A stretch of DNA of 64,000 nucleotides, from the NCBI GenBank assembly GCA_003552985.1, contig PUPD01000208.1, positions 4,227 to 68,226 on the forward strand. The letters run 5' to 3'. This document shows positions 8,718 to 18,285 of this stretch, one piece after another. The notes under the pieces are model-generated. The model worked only from the letters and a program-made list of their open reading frames with translations, had not been told where the DNA came from and did not search any database. Every line of letters starts with the position of its first letter. Positions within the stretch are counted from its first letter, which is position 1. Origin of the DNA: Spirochaetaceae bacterium. Lineage in GTDB: Bacteria > Spirochaetota > Spirochaetia > DSM-27196 > SLAA01. The translations under genes were made by a program, and so were the position numbers.

Positions 8718-9668
8718 TTATGGCTCCGCGCGCATCACGGCGTTCAGCCAGGGTTGCACCTCGCGGTATAGCTCCGGTTCCGCCAGCAGAAAACTCATAA
8801 AGGCCTCATGGAACCGATGCTGGAAGTATAGCGCCTGGCCAAGGTAAAACAGCGTCCGCGCCTGCGGCTCGGAGCGCTCAAAGACGGTATAGAGGCTTCT
8901 GAGCTCGCGTTCGGCGAGCTCCCACTCTCCGCGCCGAAACCGCGCGTTCACGACACGCGCAAGCGTGGCTTCACGGCCTTTGGTTTCCAGCTCGTTTGTC
9001 GTCGACTCAGGCTGCAGGATCTGAGGTTCGCGCTCACGCTCCGGGTGCCGTTCGCGCAGCCGCTCGGCGGGGATTTCCGGCGCCCGTTGCATCAGTGTGT
9101 CGTAGGTGGGTTTCAGATCGGAGCGCAACGGACGCGAAGGCGCGAGACTCATGAGCGTGGCATCGATGTCGGCTCCGGTTTCGAGCTCCGGGATGACGAG
9201 CAGCTCCGGAAGCGGGACGCGGCGCGGTGCGCGCGGCTGGGGACGAGGCACGGCCGGAGCAACAGCACGTCGCTCATCCAACGGCACCTGCACCGCGTTG
9301 ACGGTGCGGTTGCGACCGGGGACAAGCTGCTCTTCACCGCGTTCGAGTCGGGTCACGGAAACCACAGCGTAGTGGTAAGGCAGGCCCGGCGGTGGGTGGT
9401 CCAGCCGCACCGGCCGGTCACCGCCCACCACCGCTATGCGGATCGCGGTTTCGAGGTCGTCCAGCGCGGCGATCTTATCGGTGCGGCGGTAGATCGCGTA
9501 GGCGGCGTCTTCGACGCTCGGCCGGAACTCGATTCGAACGCCGTCGGGACCGTGACGCCTCACGTCGAGATCGAGTACCTCGGGAGGAACCTCGTAAGCG
9601 CTCAAGAAAGCCCCCACTGCTACGCTGAGCGCGGCGGCAACGAGCCATGGTCTGGTGGATGAACCCAT
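8718..9668 (-). CDS. Secreted hypothetical protein with a helical, TPR-like C-terminus
   Basis: GTG at 9671 is followed directly by ATG at 9668. Signal-peptide-like N-terminus MGSSTRPWLVAAALSVAVGAFLSAYE. No family recognised. Confidence 0.5.
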   Translation of the reverse strand: MGSSTRPWLVAAALSVAVGAFLSAYEVPPEVLDLDVRRHGPDGVRIEFRPSVEDAAYAIYRRTDKIAALDDLETAIRIAVVGGDRPVRLDHPPPGLPYHYAVVSVTRLERGEEQLVPGRNRTVNAVQVPLDERRAVAPAVPRPQPRAPRRVPLPELLVIPELETGADIDATLMSLAPSRPLRSDLKPTYDTLMQRAPEIPAERLRERHPEREREPQILQPESTTNELETKGREATLARVVNARFRRGEWELAERELRSLYTVFERSEPQARTLFYLGQALYFQHRFHEAFMSFLLAEPELYREVQPWLNAVMRAEP

Positions 9669-9784
9669 CACACCACTTATATCGGCGCCCGGTTCGGTTG
9701 TCTACAGCCGTGACGGTAGAAACGTTCGGAAGTAAGAACTATACTGTGTGGTGAAGTATAATTGTCCCAATCTGGAGGCCCGCA

Positions 9785-10904
9785 ATGGCACAAGAGCTTC
9801 GTGAGCCTGTGGCGGCGCTCAAGTCGGAAATTCTAGACGCCTGGAGGCATCTTTGACCCTGAAGCGCTTCAACAGGAACTTCAGGAGCTAGAACGGCAGA
9901 GTGCCGACCCTGAGCTGTGGAACGATCGCAGCCAAGCCGAGAAAACAATGACGCGCCTCAATCACGTGCGGCGACGGCTCGAACCGTGGCAGGCGCTCGT
10001 CACGCAGATGGAAGAGCTGGAAGAGCTCCTGGAGCTCGGCATTGAGGAGGACGATGAATCGGTTGCGGCGGAAGTGAGGGCCGGACTGGATGATGCGCGG
10101 CGAAAGCTAGGAGAGCTTCGCCTGCGTGAGCTGTTCCAGGACGAGCTCGATTATGCTGATGCCTATCTTACGATTCACGCCGGTGCCGGCGGCACCGAGG
10201 CGTGCGACTGGGTCAGCATGCTGCTGCGGATGTACCTGCGCTGGTGCGAATCGGTCGGCTACAAAACGCGCACGCTGGACGTCCAGGAGGCCGAAGGCGG
10301 CATCAAATCGACGACGGTGGAGGTTGCCGGAGAGCTCGCGTATGGGTATCTCCGCGCCGAGACCGGGATTCACCGCTTGGTGCGCATTTCGCCGTTTGAT
10401 TCCGGGGGCCGGCGGCACACCTCGTTTGCGTCTGTCTACGTCTCGCCCGTGATCGAGGACACGATCGATGTAGAGATAAGGCCGGAGGATATTCGGGTAG
10501 ATACCTATCGCGCCAGCGGCGCCGGCGGCCAGCACGTTAACAAGACCGATTCGGCGGTACGAATCACACATCTGGAAACCGGAATCGTTGTCCAGTGTCA
10601 GAACGAGCGCAGCCAGCACAAGAACCGCGATATGGCGATGAAGATCCTAAGGTCACGGCTCTACGAGCATTACCGCGCCGAGCGCGAGCGCGAGCAGGCC
10701 AAGACCGCCCAGGAGAAGAAGGAGATCGGCTGGGGCAACCAGATTCGCTCGTACGTGTTTCAGCCCTATACTATGGTGAAGGATCATCGTACCAAGCACG
10801 AGACAGGCAACGTTCAGGCAGTGATGGACGGCGACATCAGCGAGTTTATCGAGGCGTATCTGCATTCCGGCTTAGCCGCCGCCTCTGCCGATGCAGGGTC
10901 CTGA
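9785..10904 (+). CDS. prfB: Peptide chain release factor 2, expressed by a programmed +1 frameshift
   Basis: Frame 0 runs from ATG 9785 to CTT (9851..9853) and then meets an in-frame TGA at 9854..9856. Skipping T9854 joins GAC at 9855 to the 9948..10904 ORF ((9948-9855)=93, in frame). The SPF tripeptide (ISPFDSGG) and the GGQ motif (SGAGGQHVNKTDSAVR) are present. Confidence 0.95.
9845..9857 (+). promoter_or_regulatory. RF2 autoregulatory +1 frameshift site: internal SD-like AGGAGG-type element followed by CTT TGA C
   Basis: The sequence tggAGGcatCTTTGAC places an SD-like GGAGG (9843..9847) 3 nt upstream of the slippery CTT, followed by stop TGA and then C. This is the classic prfB recoding cassette. 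Confidence 0.9.
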
Positions 10905-10916
10905 GAAAGGGAGCGG

Positions 10917-11318
10917 ATGTCTGCACGGGTTCTGGTAGTTGACGACTTACCGTTCATGCGGAAGCTCCTGCGGGAGGTGTTGACCGAAGCCGGGTATACG
11001 GTGGTCGCGGAAGCCTCCGACGGGAGGCAGGCTTTGGCGGCGTTCGCGCAGCATCAGCCTGACCTTGTCGTCCTGGATATCACGATGCCGGTGATGGACG
11101 GGATCACGGCGTTGCGGAGGATGCTGGCGCTGGATCCTCGGGCGCGCGTGGTGATGTGCAGCGCCCTGGGCGAACAGCAGATGATCCTGCGAGCGATCCG
11201 CCTGGGTGCGAAGGATTTCGTCGTTAAGCCGTTTCGACCCGAGCGCATGGTGACGGCTGTCGAAAAGGCGCTCCGCCGGGGCTCCGGTTCGGCGCGCCCG
11301 GCGGCACGAGTGGAGTAA
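10917..11318 (+). CDS. Stand-alone CheY-like response-regulator receiver protein
   Basis: 133 aa. Motifs: VLVVDD, DLVVLDITMPVMDG (phospho-acceptor Asp context) and FVVKPF (conserved Lys). RBS aagggag lies upstream of the ATG. Confidence 0.85.
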   Translation: MSARVLVVDDLPFMRKLLREVLTEAGYTVVAEASDGRQALAAFAQHQPDLVVLDITMPVMDGITALRRMLALDPRARVVMCSALGEQQMILRAIRLGAKDFVVKPFRPERMVTAVEKALRRGSGSARPAARVE

Positions 11319-11325
11319 TAGCTCA

Positions 11326-12795
11326 ATGGTCGGCAGACTGCTGCGTTTTCGGGCGGCAGAGGCAGCTGTGTTTCTCGGGATCGCTATGCTGTTCGGGGCC
11401 GGGGTCCCGCGAGCGGCGGCCCAGGACATACCGGATCTCGACCGCCGCGAACGGTTGCGCGTCGCTGTTGCACGGTTCAGCGCCGAGGAGCTGGAACCTC
11501 GATACCACGACCTGGCCACGGCGTTGGCTGAGATTGTTCTCGAGGATCTGGGTGCGGTGGAACGGCGGACACTGAGCGCCGCCGAGATCGAGGCCTACCG
11601 CGATAAGCTGCTCGCAGAGGCGCTCCGCTCGGCCCGTGAGACGGTGCGAAGGCGCCGCGTTGAGCGTGACCGAGCGTTTTTCGCGAGCGGTACCCGCGAG
11701 GAACGACGCAGGCGCGAGCGAGACGCTGCCGAACGGCTGGAGACCGCAAAGGGAGATCTGCGACGCCTGGAAGACCTCAGCCCCTCCGAGATTCCGGTGA
11801 AACCGGAGAAGCCGTTGGAGCGAGTACGCGAGCTTCTGCCGTCGCTGGGGCACGACCCGCAGCGGGTGCTCGAGCAGGAGAACCTGGACTTAGTGATCGG
11901 CGGAACCCTCGAACAGTTGGAAGGCTATCTGTATCTGCGGATCGAGGGCCATGCGCGCGGAGTCGGCCTACCGGTTTTCGCCACCGATTTCGTAGCCCTT
12001 CCCGGGGAGCTGTATACCGAGCTCGAAAGCGGGCTGGATGAGATCACCGGGATGGTGCTGGGGCGCGATTGGAGCGCCGTTGTGGTGGAGACCGGTGATC
12101 GGGAGACGAGTATCAAGATAGACGGCCGTGTTGTCGGCTTCGGGACGGTCCGCGAACGTTTCCTGGAGCCGGGAAACTACACCGTCGTCGTCGAGGATCA
12201 GACGGGAGAGCGTCGGAGCAAGGAACTGCAGCTGGAAGCAGGTGAGCTGCGAGTGCTGGATTTCGCGACCGAGGAGGACCGGCGCCCGACTACGCGCGTT
12301 GAGACCGACCCGGATGCCGCGAGCCTTTACCTTGGGTCACTTTGGAAAGGTACAACCCCGCTGAAGCTTACCATTCCGCCGGAGGATGAGCTTGCGTTGA
12401 TCCGGCGCGACGGGTATCTTGACTCACGCATGGTGTTCGGTCCCGATAGCGATGCCCGTTTTGAGCGCACCCTGCAGCCGGATATCGAGGATCAGGCTGC
12501 GCGCTTGCGTGATAGCCGCGACCGGTTCTACCGGGCCTTCGGGTATTTCGTGCTATCGGTCCCGGTGACGTTGATCCTCAACGGGGTTTACGAGAACCTG
12601 TCGAGCGCGGTTCCACGCGAAGGCGCTCCGATCGAAGGGCTTTCGACGGACGAGCGTGACCGGATTGCGATGCGGCGCGAAACGGCCTATTGGGCGACGG
12701 TCGGAGCGTTCACGGTCAACGTCGGTCTGTTCGTGAACATGGCGGTACGATTGTATCAGTATATTCGCACCGGCGAGGAGGCGCACTATCGCTAA
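11326..12795 (+). CDS. Secreted/membrane protein with PEGA-like domains
   Basis: Signal-like N-terminus AAVFLGIAMLFGAGVPRAAAQ. PEGA-like segments: TSIKIDGRVVGFGTVRERFLEPGNYTVVVED and ASLYLGSLWKGTTPLKLTIPPEDELALIRRDGYLDSRMVF. C-terminal hydrophobic helices are present. Confidence 0.55.
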   Translation: MVGRLLRFRAAEAAVFLGIAMLFGAGVPRAAAQDIPDLDRRERLRVAVARFSAEELEPRYHDLATALAEIVLEDLGAVERRTLSAAEIEAYRDKLLAEALRSARETVRRRRVERDRAFFASGTREERRRRERDAAERLETAKGDLRRLEDLSPSEIPVKPEKPLERVRELLPSLGHDPQRVLEQENLDLVIGGTLEQLEGYLYLRIEGHARGVGLPVFATDFVALPGELYTELESGLDEITGMVLGRDWSAVVVETGDRETSIKIDGRVVGFGTVRERFLEPGNYTVVVEDQTGERRSKELQLEAGELRVLDFATEEDRRPTTRVETDPDAASLYLGSLWKGTTPLKLTIPPEDELALIRRDGYLDSRMVFGPDSDARFERTLQPDIEDQAARLRDSRDRFYRAFGYFVLSVPVTLILNGVYENLSSAVPREGAPIEGLSTDERDRIAMRRETAYWATVGAFTVNVGLFVNMAVRLYQYIRTGEEAHYR

Positions 12796-12816
12796 TGGTG
12801 AAAATGGAGGAATGAG

Positions 12817-13692
12817 ATGCGCAAACGACTGAGTGCGCGACTGAAGGAGTTGTTCGGCCGCAAGCCCGGTGACGGTGAGTTCTTCGAAGAGCTCGAGGAT
12901 CTGCTAATTGAATCCGACATCGGAGCGACGGTGGCTTTCGAAGTGGTCGACGAGCTGCGGGCCGAAGCGCGGCGGGCGAAGCTCGCTTCCAGAGACGAGC
13001 TGGCGGCGGCGCTTCGTGAACGGTTGCGGCCTTACCTGCGCAGTGTCGAGTTGAGCTTGACCGATGATCGACTGAACATCTTCCTGGTTTTGGGCGTAAA
13101 CGGCGTTGGAAAGACGACGACGATTGCCAAGCTCGCGCAGTACTATCGTGAGCACGGCGCCGGTGACGGTGTGGCGCTCGCCGCGGGGGATACCTTCCGG
13201 GCGGCCGCTGTGGAGCAACTCACGCTGCACGGGCAGAAGCTGGGAATGCGCGTCGTGAGTCAGGCCTCGGGCGCCGACCCCGGAGCGGTCGTTTACGACA
13301 CCATCGAGAGTGCCAAAACACGCGGCGAGCGCCTGGTGCTGGCCGACACCGCCGGGCGCATGCACACCAAAGCGAACCTAGTGGCGGAGCTCGGGAAGGT
13401 TGATCGGATCGTGCGCTCGCGCTCTCCTGAGTCCAACTACAAGAAGCTTCTGGTTATCGACGCGACTACCGGACAAAACGGGCTGCGCCAGGCCGAGACG
13501 TTTCACGAGGCGGTCGGGGTCGACGGGGTGGTGCTCGCGAAATACGACTCAACCGCCCGCGGCGGTATTCTCGTTCCGATCGCGAAGAATCTCGGGATCG
13601 GGTGCACCTTCCTCGGCACCGGCGAGAAGCTGCACGATCTTCAGCCCTTTGACCCCGACCGTTATCTCTCTGAGCTCGTGGGAGGTGTATGA
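12817..13692 (+). CDS. ftsY: Signal recognition particle receptor FtsY (NG domain only)
   Basis: Motifs: GVNGVGKTTTIAKLA, DTAGR, KYDSTARGG. GGAGG RBS at 12806..12810. Confidence 0.9.
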   Translation: MRKRLSARLKELFGRKPGDGEFFEELEDLLIESDIGATVAFEVVDELRAEARRAKLASRDELAAALRERLRPYLRSVELSLTDDRLNIFLVLGVNGVGKTTTIAKLAQYYREHGAGDGVALAAGDTFRAAAVEQLTLHGQKLGMRVVSQASGADPGAVVYDTIESAKTRGERLVLADTAGRMHTKANLVAELGKVDRIVRSRSPESNYKKLLVIDATTGQNGLRQAETFHEAVGVDGVVLAKYDSTARGGILVPIAKNLGIGCTFLGTGEKLHDLQPFDPDRYLSELVGGV

Positions 13693-14846
13693 TCCGAAGG
13701 ATCGCCGGCCCGCTGCTGCTGACGGCGATACAGATCACACTGGGCGGCCTGATGACGGGGTACGGGTCTCCCACGGCTGCGGCGCAGCTGCGCTATTATC
13801 GATCGAACGCGACGGCAATGCTGCTGGAGGAGATTACCGAGGCTGAGCGTGACGACTATCGCTATCACCTCGTCCGCGATCAACGTGACCCTGAGCGGGA
13901 ACTGAGAAGGTTGTTCGAAGACGGGGAAGAGAAGCTCGTTCAGCGGCTGGAGTTTGATGACGGCCGGCTGAGCTCGAAGACGGAGTTGACCGGAGAGCAG
14001 GTGCTCAGACGCTATGAATACGGCGAAGGGCGCCGAGTAAAGGTTGAGGAACGCTTCAGGGACGGCGAGCTCGATACGCGACTGGAGTACGAATACGACG
14101 GTCACCAGATAACGCAGGTCAGTGTCTTCGACGCCGAGGGTACGCGCCTGTATCGCGACCGCTATTCGTATCGTGACGACGGGCGGCTGCGACGCGTGGT
14201 ACGCGAAGGTAAGCTTGGTGGTGACCAGGCGGAAGCCGACGCTGAGCGGTTCCATATCGAGTTCAGCTTCGTAGACGGACAGCTGCGGAGCGAGTGGCAT
14301 GAGCTCGGCGAGCATAGTACCGCGGTGCGCTACGATGCCGTCGGCAGAATTGCGCAGCTTATGGTTTGGGCGGGCGAAGATCATGAGCGCATCCACGAGT
14401 ATCGCTATCACAGCTCGGCGCCGGATTCGGCGGTTGAGGTGGAACGGATACAGGTGCCCGGTCGTGAGCTTGAAGAGTGGCGCCGCAATGACAGCGCCGG
14501 TCGCGTGGTCGAACGGGTGCTTATGATCGGCGGCGAGACGGTGGAGCGTGATGAATACGAGTATGAGAACGGGTTGCTGGTTCAGGAGCGACGCTACCGT
14601 GAGGAGGATCTTCGAGTAGTGCGCTACGAGTACGACGAGCAGGAACGGCTGCAGGAGGAGCGCTGGACGCGCAACGGCGTTCCGGAGCTGCTGCGCGAGT
14701 ATCGCGATGATGAGCGCATGAGCGAGCTCCACTTTCGTCATGGAAGCGCGGTGCTGCGCGTGGAGTACCGCGGCGGGCAGCGGCTGCGCGAGGAAGTGTT
14801 GCGAGACGGTGAGGTCGTACGGGTACGCGAATATGCTGCAGAATGA
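13689..14846 (+). CDS. Secreted YD/RHS-like repeat protein
   Basis: The ATG overlaps the ftsY stop (ATGA). The N-terminus is hydrophobic. It carries repeated Y-x-Y-D/E-x-x-G-R-L type units: RYEYGEGRRV, EYEYDGHQIT, RYSYRDDGRLRRV, EYEYENGLLV, RYEYDEQERL. Confidence 0.55.
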   Translation: MIRRIAGPLLLTAIQITLGGLMTGYGSPTAAAQLRYYRSNATAMLLEEITEAERDDYRYHLVRDQRDPERELRRLFEDGEEKLVQRLEFDDGRLSSKTELTGEQVLRRYEYGEGRRVKVEERFRDGELDTRLEYEYDGHQITQVSVFDAEGTRLYRDRYSYRDDGRLRRVVREGKLGGDQAEADAERFHIEFSFVDGQLRSEWHELGEHSTAVRYDAVGRIAQLMVWAGEDHERIHEYRYHSSAPDSAVEVERIQVPGRELEEWRRNDSAGRVVERVLMIGGETVERDEYEYENGLLVQERRYREEDLRVVRYEYDEQERLQEERWTRNGVPELLREYRDDERMSELHFRHGSAVLRVEYRGGQRLREEVLRDGEVVRVREYAAE

Positions 14847-16149
14847 TCGCCGCGCGCTCGGATGGATCGCCTTTGTCGCCGCGCGCCATTTCCGGACCCG
14901 ACGTCGCGAGAAGGGGCACACAGCCTCGGTCCTGTCGGTCACCGGCATCGCGGTTGGTGTGATGACGCTGGTTACCGTGTTGGCGGTGATGAACGGGTTT
15001 CAGCTGTCCACAATTCAGGACATTCTCGAAGTGAACTCCTATCATCTGAGGCTCTACGAGCTCGACAATGAGCGGGCGCAAACGCTCGAGAGACACGCCG
15101 CGACGCCCGCAATCGAGGCGGTAGTGCCGTTCGTCGATCTGGAGACGATTGCGCGCGGACACTTCGAGCGTCCGCGTGGCGTGTTGTTGCGGGCAGTGCC
15201 GCAAGACGTGATGGTGCGAGACCGCGGGCTGCGGCGGCAGCTGTCGATGCAACAGGGCAGCTTTGAGCTCGACGGTGCGGACTCGGTCGTAATTGGTTCC
15301 GAGCTCGCCCGGGCGATGGGGGTGCGAGTGGCCGACACTGTTTGGTTCGTACATCTCGGCGGCGAACAGTTTGACGTACGCGCTCCGCAGGAGACCGCGC
15401 TGACCGTGGCCGGCATCTTTCGTACCGGCACGCTGGAGTTCGATCAGTCGTGGGGTTTTATCTCGCTCGATACGGCGCGCAAGAGCTTCGCGACCGACGA
15501 GCCCTCCACCTGGGGCGTGAAGCTCCGCGATCGTTTCGCCGATCAGCGCATGGAATCGCAGGTGCAAGCGCGGCTTGATCTACAGCCCCGGCAGGTGGAA
15601 TCGTGGCGAAGTTACAACAGGGCCCTCTTTTCGGCGCTACGCGTCGAGAAGATGATGCTGATGGTGCTTGTCGGGCTGATCTTTCTGGTGGTCGGGGTCA
15701 ACATCTTTCAGTCCTTGCGACGTAGCGTAGTCGAGCGCACCGAGGAGATCGCCACCCTGAAAGCGCTCGGCGCGCCCCCGCGGGCCCTGCAGGCGGTATT
15801 CGTGTTCGAGGGGATCATGATCGGCTTCATTGGAGCGAGTATCGGCCTGGTCCTCGGTCTTCTGATCTCGCAGAATATCAACACGGCATTTGCACTCGCC
15901 GAGGTGGCGATACTGACGGGGCAGGAACTGGTAGGTACGCTGCTGGTTCCGCTCGGTATCGGGGTCGGTACTGAGTTTTCGTTGTTCTCACCGCAGCACT
16001 TCTATATCGATCAGGTCCCGGCCGAGGTGCTCCTGCCTGAGACGGTCGGTGTCTTCTTCTTTGCGGTGGGGTCGGCGGTTGCTGCGGCGTTGGCTGCTTC
16101 ACGGCGGGTGATTCGAATTACGCCGGCGGAGGTGCTGCGGCATGAATGA
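14833..16149 (+). CDS. lolC: LolC/LolE-family lipoprotein-release ABC permease (FtsX/MacB-type)
   Basis: The track ORF starts at 14740. I prefer ATG 14833 (MLQNDRRALGWIAFVAARHFRTRRREKGHTASVLSVTGIAVGVMTLVTVLAVMNGF), which gives the typical LolC/E N-terminus. A C-terminal FtsX-type 3-TM bundle is present. Confidence 0.65.
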   Translation: MLQNDRRALGWIAFVAARHFRTRRREKGHTASVLSVTGIAVGVMTLVTVLAVMNGFQLSTIQDILEVNSYHLRLYELDNERAQTLERHAATPAIEAVVPFVDLETIARGHFERPRGVLLRAVPQDVMVRDRGLRRQLSMQQGSFELDGADSVVIGSELARAMGVRVADTVWFVHLGGEQFDVRAPQETALTVAGIFRTGTLEFDQSWGFISLDTARKSFATDEPSTWGVKLRDRFADQRMESQVQARLDLQPRQVESWRSYNRALFSALRVEKMMLMVLVGLIFLVVGVNIFQSLRRSVVERTEEIATLKALGAPPRALQAVFVFEGIMIGFIGASIGLVLGLLISQNINTAFALAEVAILTGQELVGTLLVPLGIGVGTEFSLFSPQHFYIDQVPAEVLLPETVGVFFFAVGSAVAAALAASRRVIRITPAEVLRHE

Positions 16150-16825
16150 CGAGGTGGTGATCGAGCTGCAATCGGTTGAGAAATGGTTTCAAAGCGGCTC
16201 GGAGCGGCTGCAGGTGCTGGCCGGGGTGAATCTGGCGGTCGAGCGCGGAACCTCGCTCGTGATCACCGGAGAGAGCGGGTGCGGGAAGACCACGCTTTTG
16301 AACATCATCGGCAGTCTGGAGTTTCCGAGCGCGGGTACGGCACAGGTGGCCGGGTTTCGGCTCGACCACCTTGGAGAGGCGGAGCTGACCGAGTACCGCC
16401 AGCGCGTGGTGGGATTGGTGTTTCAGTTTCATTTTCTGCTCAAGGATTTCACCGCGCTGGAGAATGTGCTGTTGCCGGCATATATGGCGGGGGTTGATAG
16501 GGAGCCGGCCGAATCCAGGGCGCGCGATCTGCTGCGCGAGGTCGGGCTTGGCGAGCGCCTGCAGCACTTTCCCCATCAGCTCTCCGGCGGAGAACGGCAG
16601 CGGGTGGCGGTGGCAAGATCCCTGGTCAACGACCCGGCGATACTGCTGGCCGACGAGCCAACCGGAAACCTGGATGAGCACAACTCGGAGCTCGTTGCCG
16701 ACACCCTGTTTGAGCTCGTTGAAAGACGGCATACGACTCTGGTGATGGTAACCCACGACCGCGAGCTCGGGGCACGCGGAGAGCGCTTGCTCCGCCTTGA
16801 GCGCGGGGGATTGGCGGCAGTATGA
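16142..16825 (+). CDS. lolD: LolD-type ABC ATP-binding protein
   Basis: Walker A GESGCGKTT, signature LSGGERQRVAVARSL, Walker B ILLADEPTGNLD. It overlaps both flanking permease genes. Confidence 0.75.
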   Translation: MNDEVVIELQSVEKWFQSGSERLQVLAGVNLAVERGTSLVITGESGCGKTTLLNIIGSLEFPSAGTAQVAGFRLDHLGEAELTEYRQRVVGLVFQFHFLLKDFTALENVLLPAYMAGVDREPAESRARDLLREVGLGERLQHFPHQLSGGERQRVAVARSLVNDPAILLADEPTGNLDEHNSELVADTLFELVERRHTTLVMVTHDRELGARGERLLRLERGGLAAV

Positions 16826-18186
16826 AGCGTCGAGCGGTATTCTGGATAGCGCTGCGCTACCTGTTCGGCCGAGGCGGACGGGAGAGCGGTCGTATCCTGT
16901 CGGCGGTCCTGATTATCGGGCTTAGCCTTGTGCCGCTGGTCGTGGTGCTACAGGTTGCCGACGGCATGATCGAGGGGATCGTACGTCGTTTTGTCGAGAC
17001 CGGCACGTACCATATTCGCGCCACTGCGCGTCGATCGCTCGATAACGACGAAATCGAAGCCGCTGTTGAGCGGGTTTCCGCGGTCGCGGGCGTTCGGCAT
17101 GTTGTGCCGGAGGTGCAGGGGATGGGTCTTGCACACTCGGTTGACGACCGCACCGGTGTCACCTTGCGCGGTCTGCCACACGGCTTCTGGGAACAGGATG
17201 CGGGATTCCGTGAGTACATGGAGGTTCGTTCCGGGGAGTTTCGCCTCGATGATCGGGACGCGGCGGTGGTCGGCAGTGAAACCGCCGAGCGCCTGGGTGT
17301 GGGACCGGGTGACGAGCTGCGAGTGCTCACGGTGCGCCCGAGCCCACGCGGCGGATTTCTTCCGCGCGTAACGCGGTTTACGGTGCGTGGTGTTGTGTCC
17401 ACCGGCTATCAGGAGCTCGACCGACTGTGGGTTTTCATCCCGCACGAGCGTGCGCGCCAGATACTCGACCGAGATGTGGCGAGGGACTACATCGGGATCA
17501 AGATCGACGAGCCGTTCGCACTCGAGAATCCGCTGTTCCGCGAAGGGGGTGAAATCGCGCGCTTCGGCCCCGGCAGCGCCGAGGTTCGCCACATACCGGC
17601 ACGGATTTCCGAGAGCCTAGGGAGGGACTGGCGTGTCGACACCTGGTACCAGGCCGAACGCGCGCGCTATATCTCGTTCCTGACGACCAAGAACCTGCTC
17701 ACCTTCATCATGCTCCTGATCGTGTGTGTCGCCGCGGTGAACATCTCATCAGCGCTGGTTATGCTGGGTATCGAAAAACAGCATGAGATCGCTATCCTGA
17801 AGAGCATCGGTGCCTCCCCCCGGGATATCGCGACTGTGTTCGTGGTCGCCGGCTTCGTAGCCGGGGTACTCGGCGCAGTGCTTGGAATGGCGGGGGGGAT
17901 GCTCGTAGCGGTCAACATCAACGAGATCATGGCGGCCATCGAGATCAGCGTCAACGTGCTTCAGGCGCTGGCAGTGGCGGTTGCGGCTCCGTTTACCGAG
18001 GTCGCTGTAGAGCCGTTCGAAATCCTGAGTGCTGAGTTCTATCTTGAGCAAATCCCGATCAGGCTCGGATTTGCCGAGCTCTTTGCCGCCGCGGCCGCGG
18101 CGATACTGATCGCGACGCTCGCTTCGGTAGTGCCCGCGCGTCGAGCGGGAGCAACGCGTCCTCTCGACGTAATGCGCCGCTACTAG
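16822..18186 (+). CDS. lolE: LolE/LolC-family ABC permease (FtsX/MacB-type)
   Basis: 454 aa with N-terminus VFWIALRYLFGRGGRESGRILSAVLIIGLSLVPLVVVLQVADGM, a large periplasmic loop and a C-terminal FtsX bundle. Confidence 0.65.
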   Translation: MKRRAVFWIALRYLFGRGGRESGRILSAVLIIGLSLVPLVVVLQVADGMIEGIVRRFVETGTYHIRATARRSLDNDEIEAAVERVSAVAGVRHVVPEVQGMGLAHSVDDRTGVTLRGLPHGFWEQDAGFREYMEVRSGEFRLDDRDAAVVGSETAERLGVGPGDELRVLTVRPSPRGGFLPRVTRFTVRGVVSTGYQELDRLWVFIPHERARQILDRDVARDYIGIKIDEPFALENPLFREGGEIARFGPGSAEVRHIPARISESLGRDWRVDTWYQAERARYISFLTTKNLLTFIMLLIVCVAAVNISSALVMLGIEKQHEIAILKSIGASPRDIATVFVVAGFVAGVLGAVLGMAGGMLVAVNINEIMAAIEISVNVLQALAVAVAAPFTEVAVEPFEILSAEFYLEQIPIRLGFAELFAAAAAAILIATLASVVPARRAGATRPLDVMRRY

Positions 18187-18230
18187 TGGAGTCTGACTGT
18201 GGCGCTACCCTCGGCGCGGGGAGCACACGG

Positions 18231-18248
18231 AACGCGGGCAACGCGGGC
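18231..18248. repeat. Perfect tandem duplication of a 9-mer (aacgcgggc x2) upstream of mcsA
   Basis: Read directly: aacgcgggc at 18231..18239 and again at 18240..18248. Confidence 0.9.
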
Positions 18249-18285
18249 TTTTCAAAACCTTGGTTTCATCCTATGAATAAGGTCT

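Noticed and set aside
9739-9948. A 69-aa minus-strand ORF upstream of the annotated prfB fragment
   Set aside because: The region is explained by the prfB 5-prime frame and its +1 frameshift cassette.
13662-14948. A 428-aa minus-strand ORF opposite the YD-repeat gene
   Set aside because: It is the same kind of codon-aligned shadow of the 13689 frame. It has no RBS or motif, and it would overlap ftsY and lolC.
18187-18285. A CtsR operator or CIRCE element upstream of mcsA
   Set aside because: I looked for GGTCAAA-type tandem heptads and for TTAGCACTC-N9-GAGTGCTAA, and neither is present. Only a 9-mer duplication and a weak AAACC/GGTTT inverted repeat occur.
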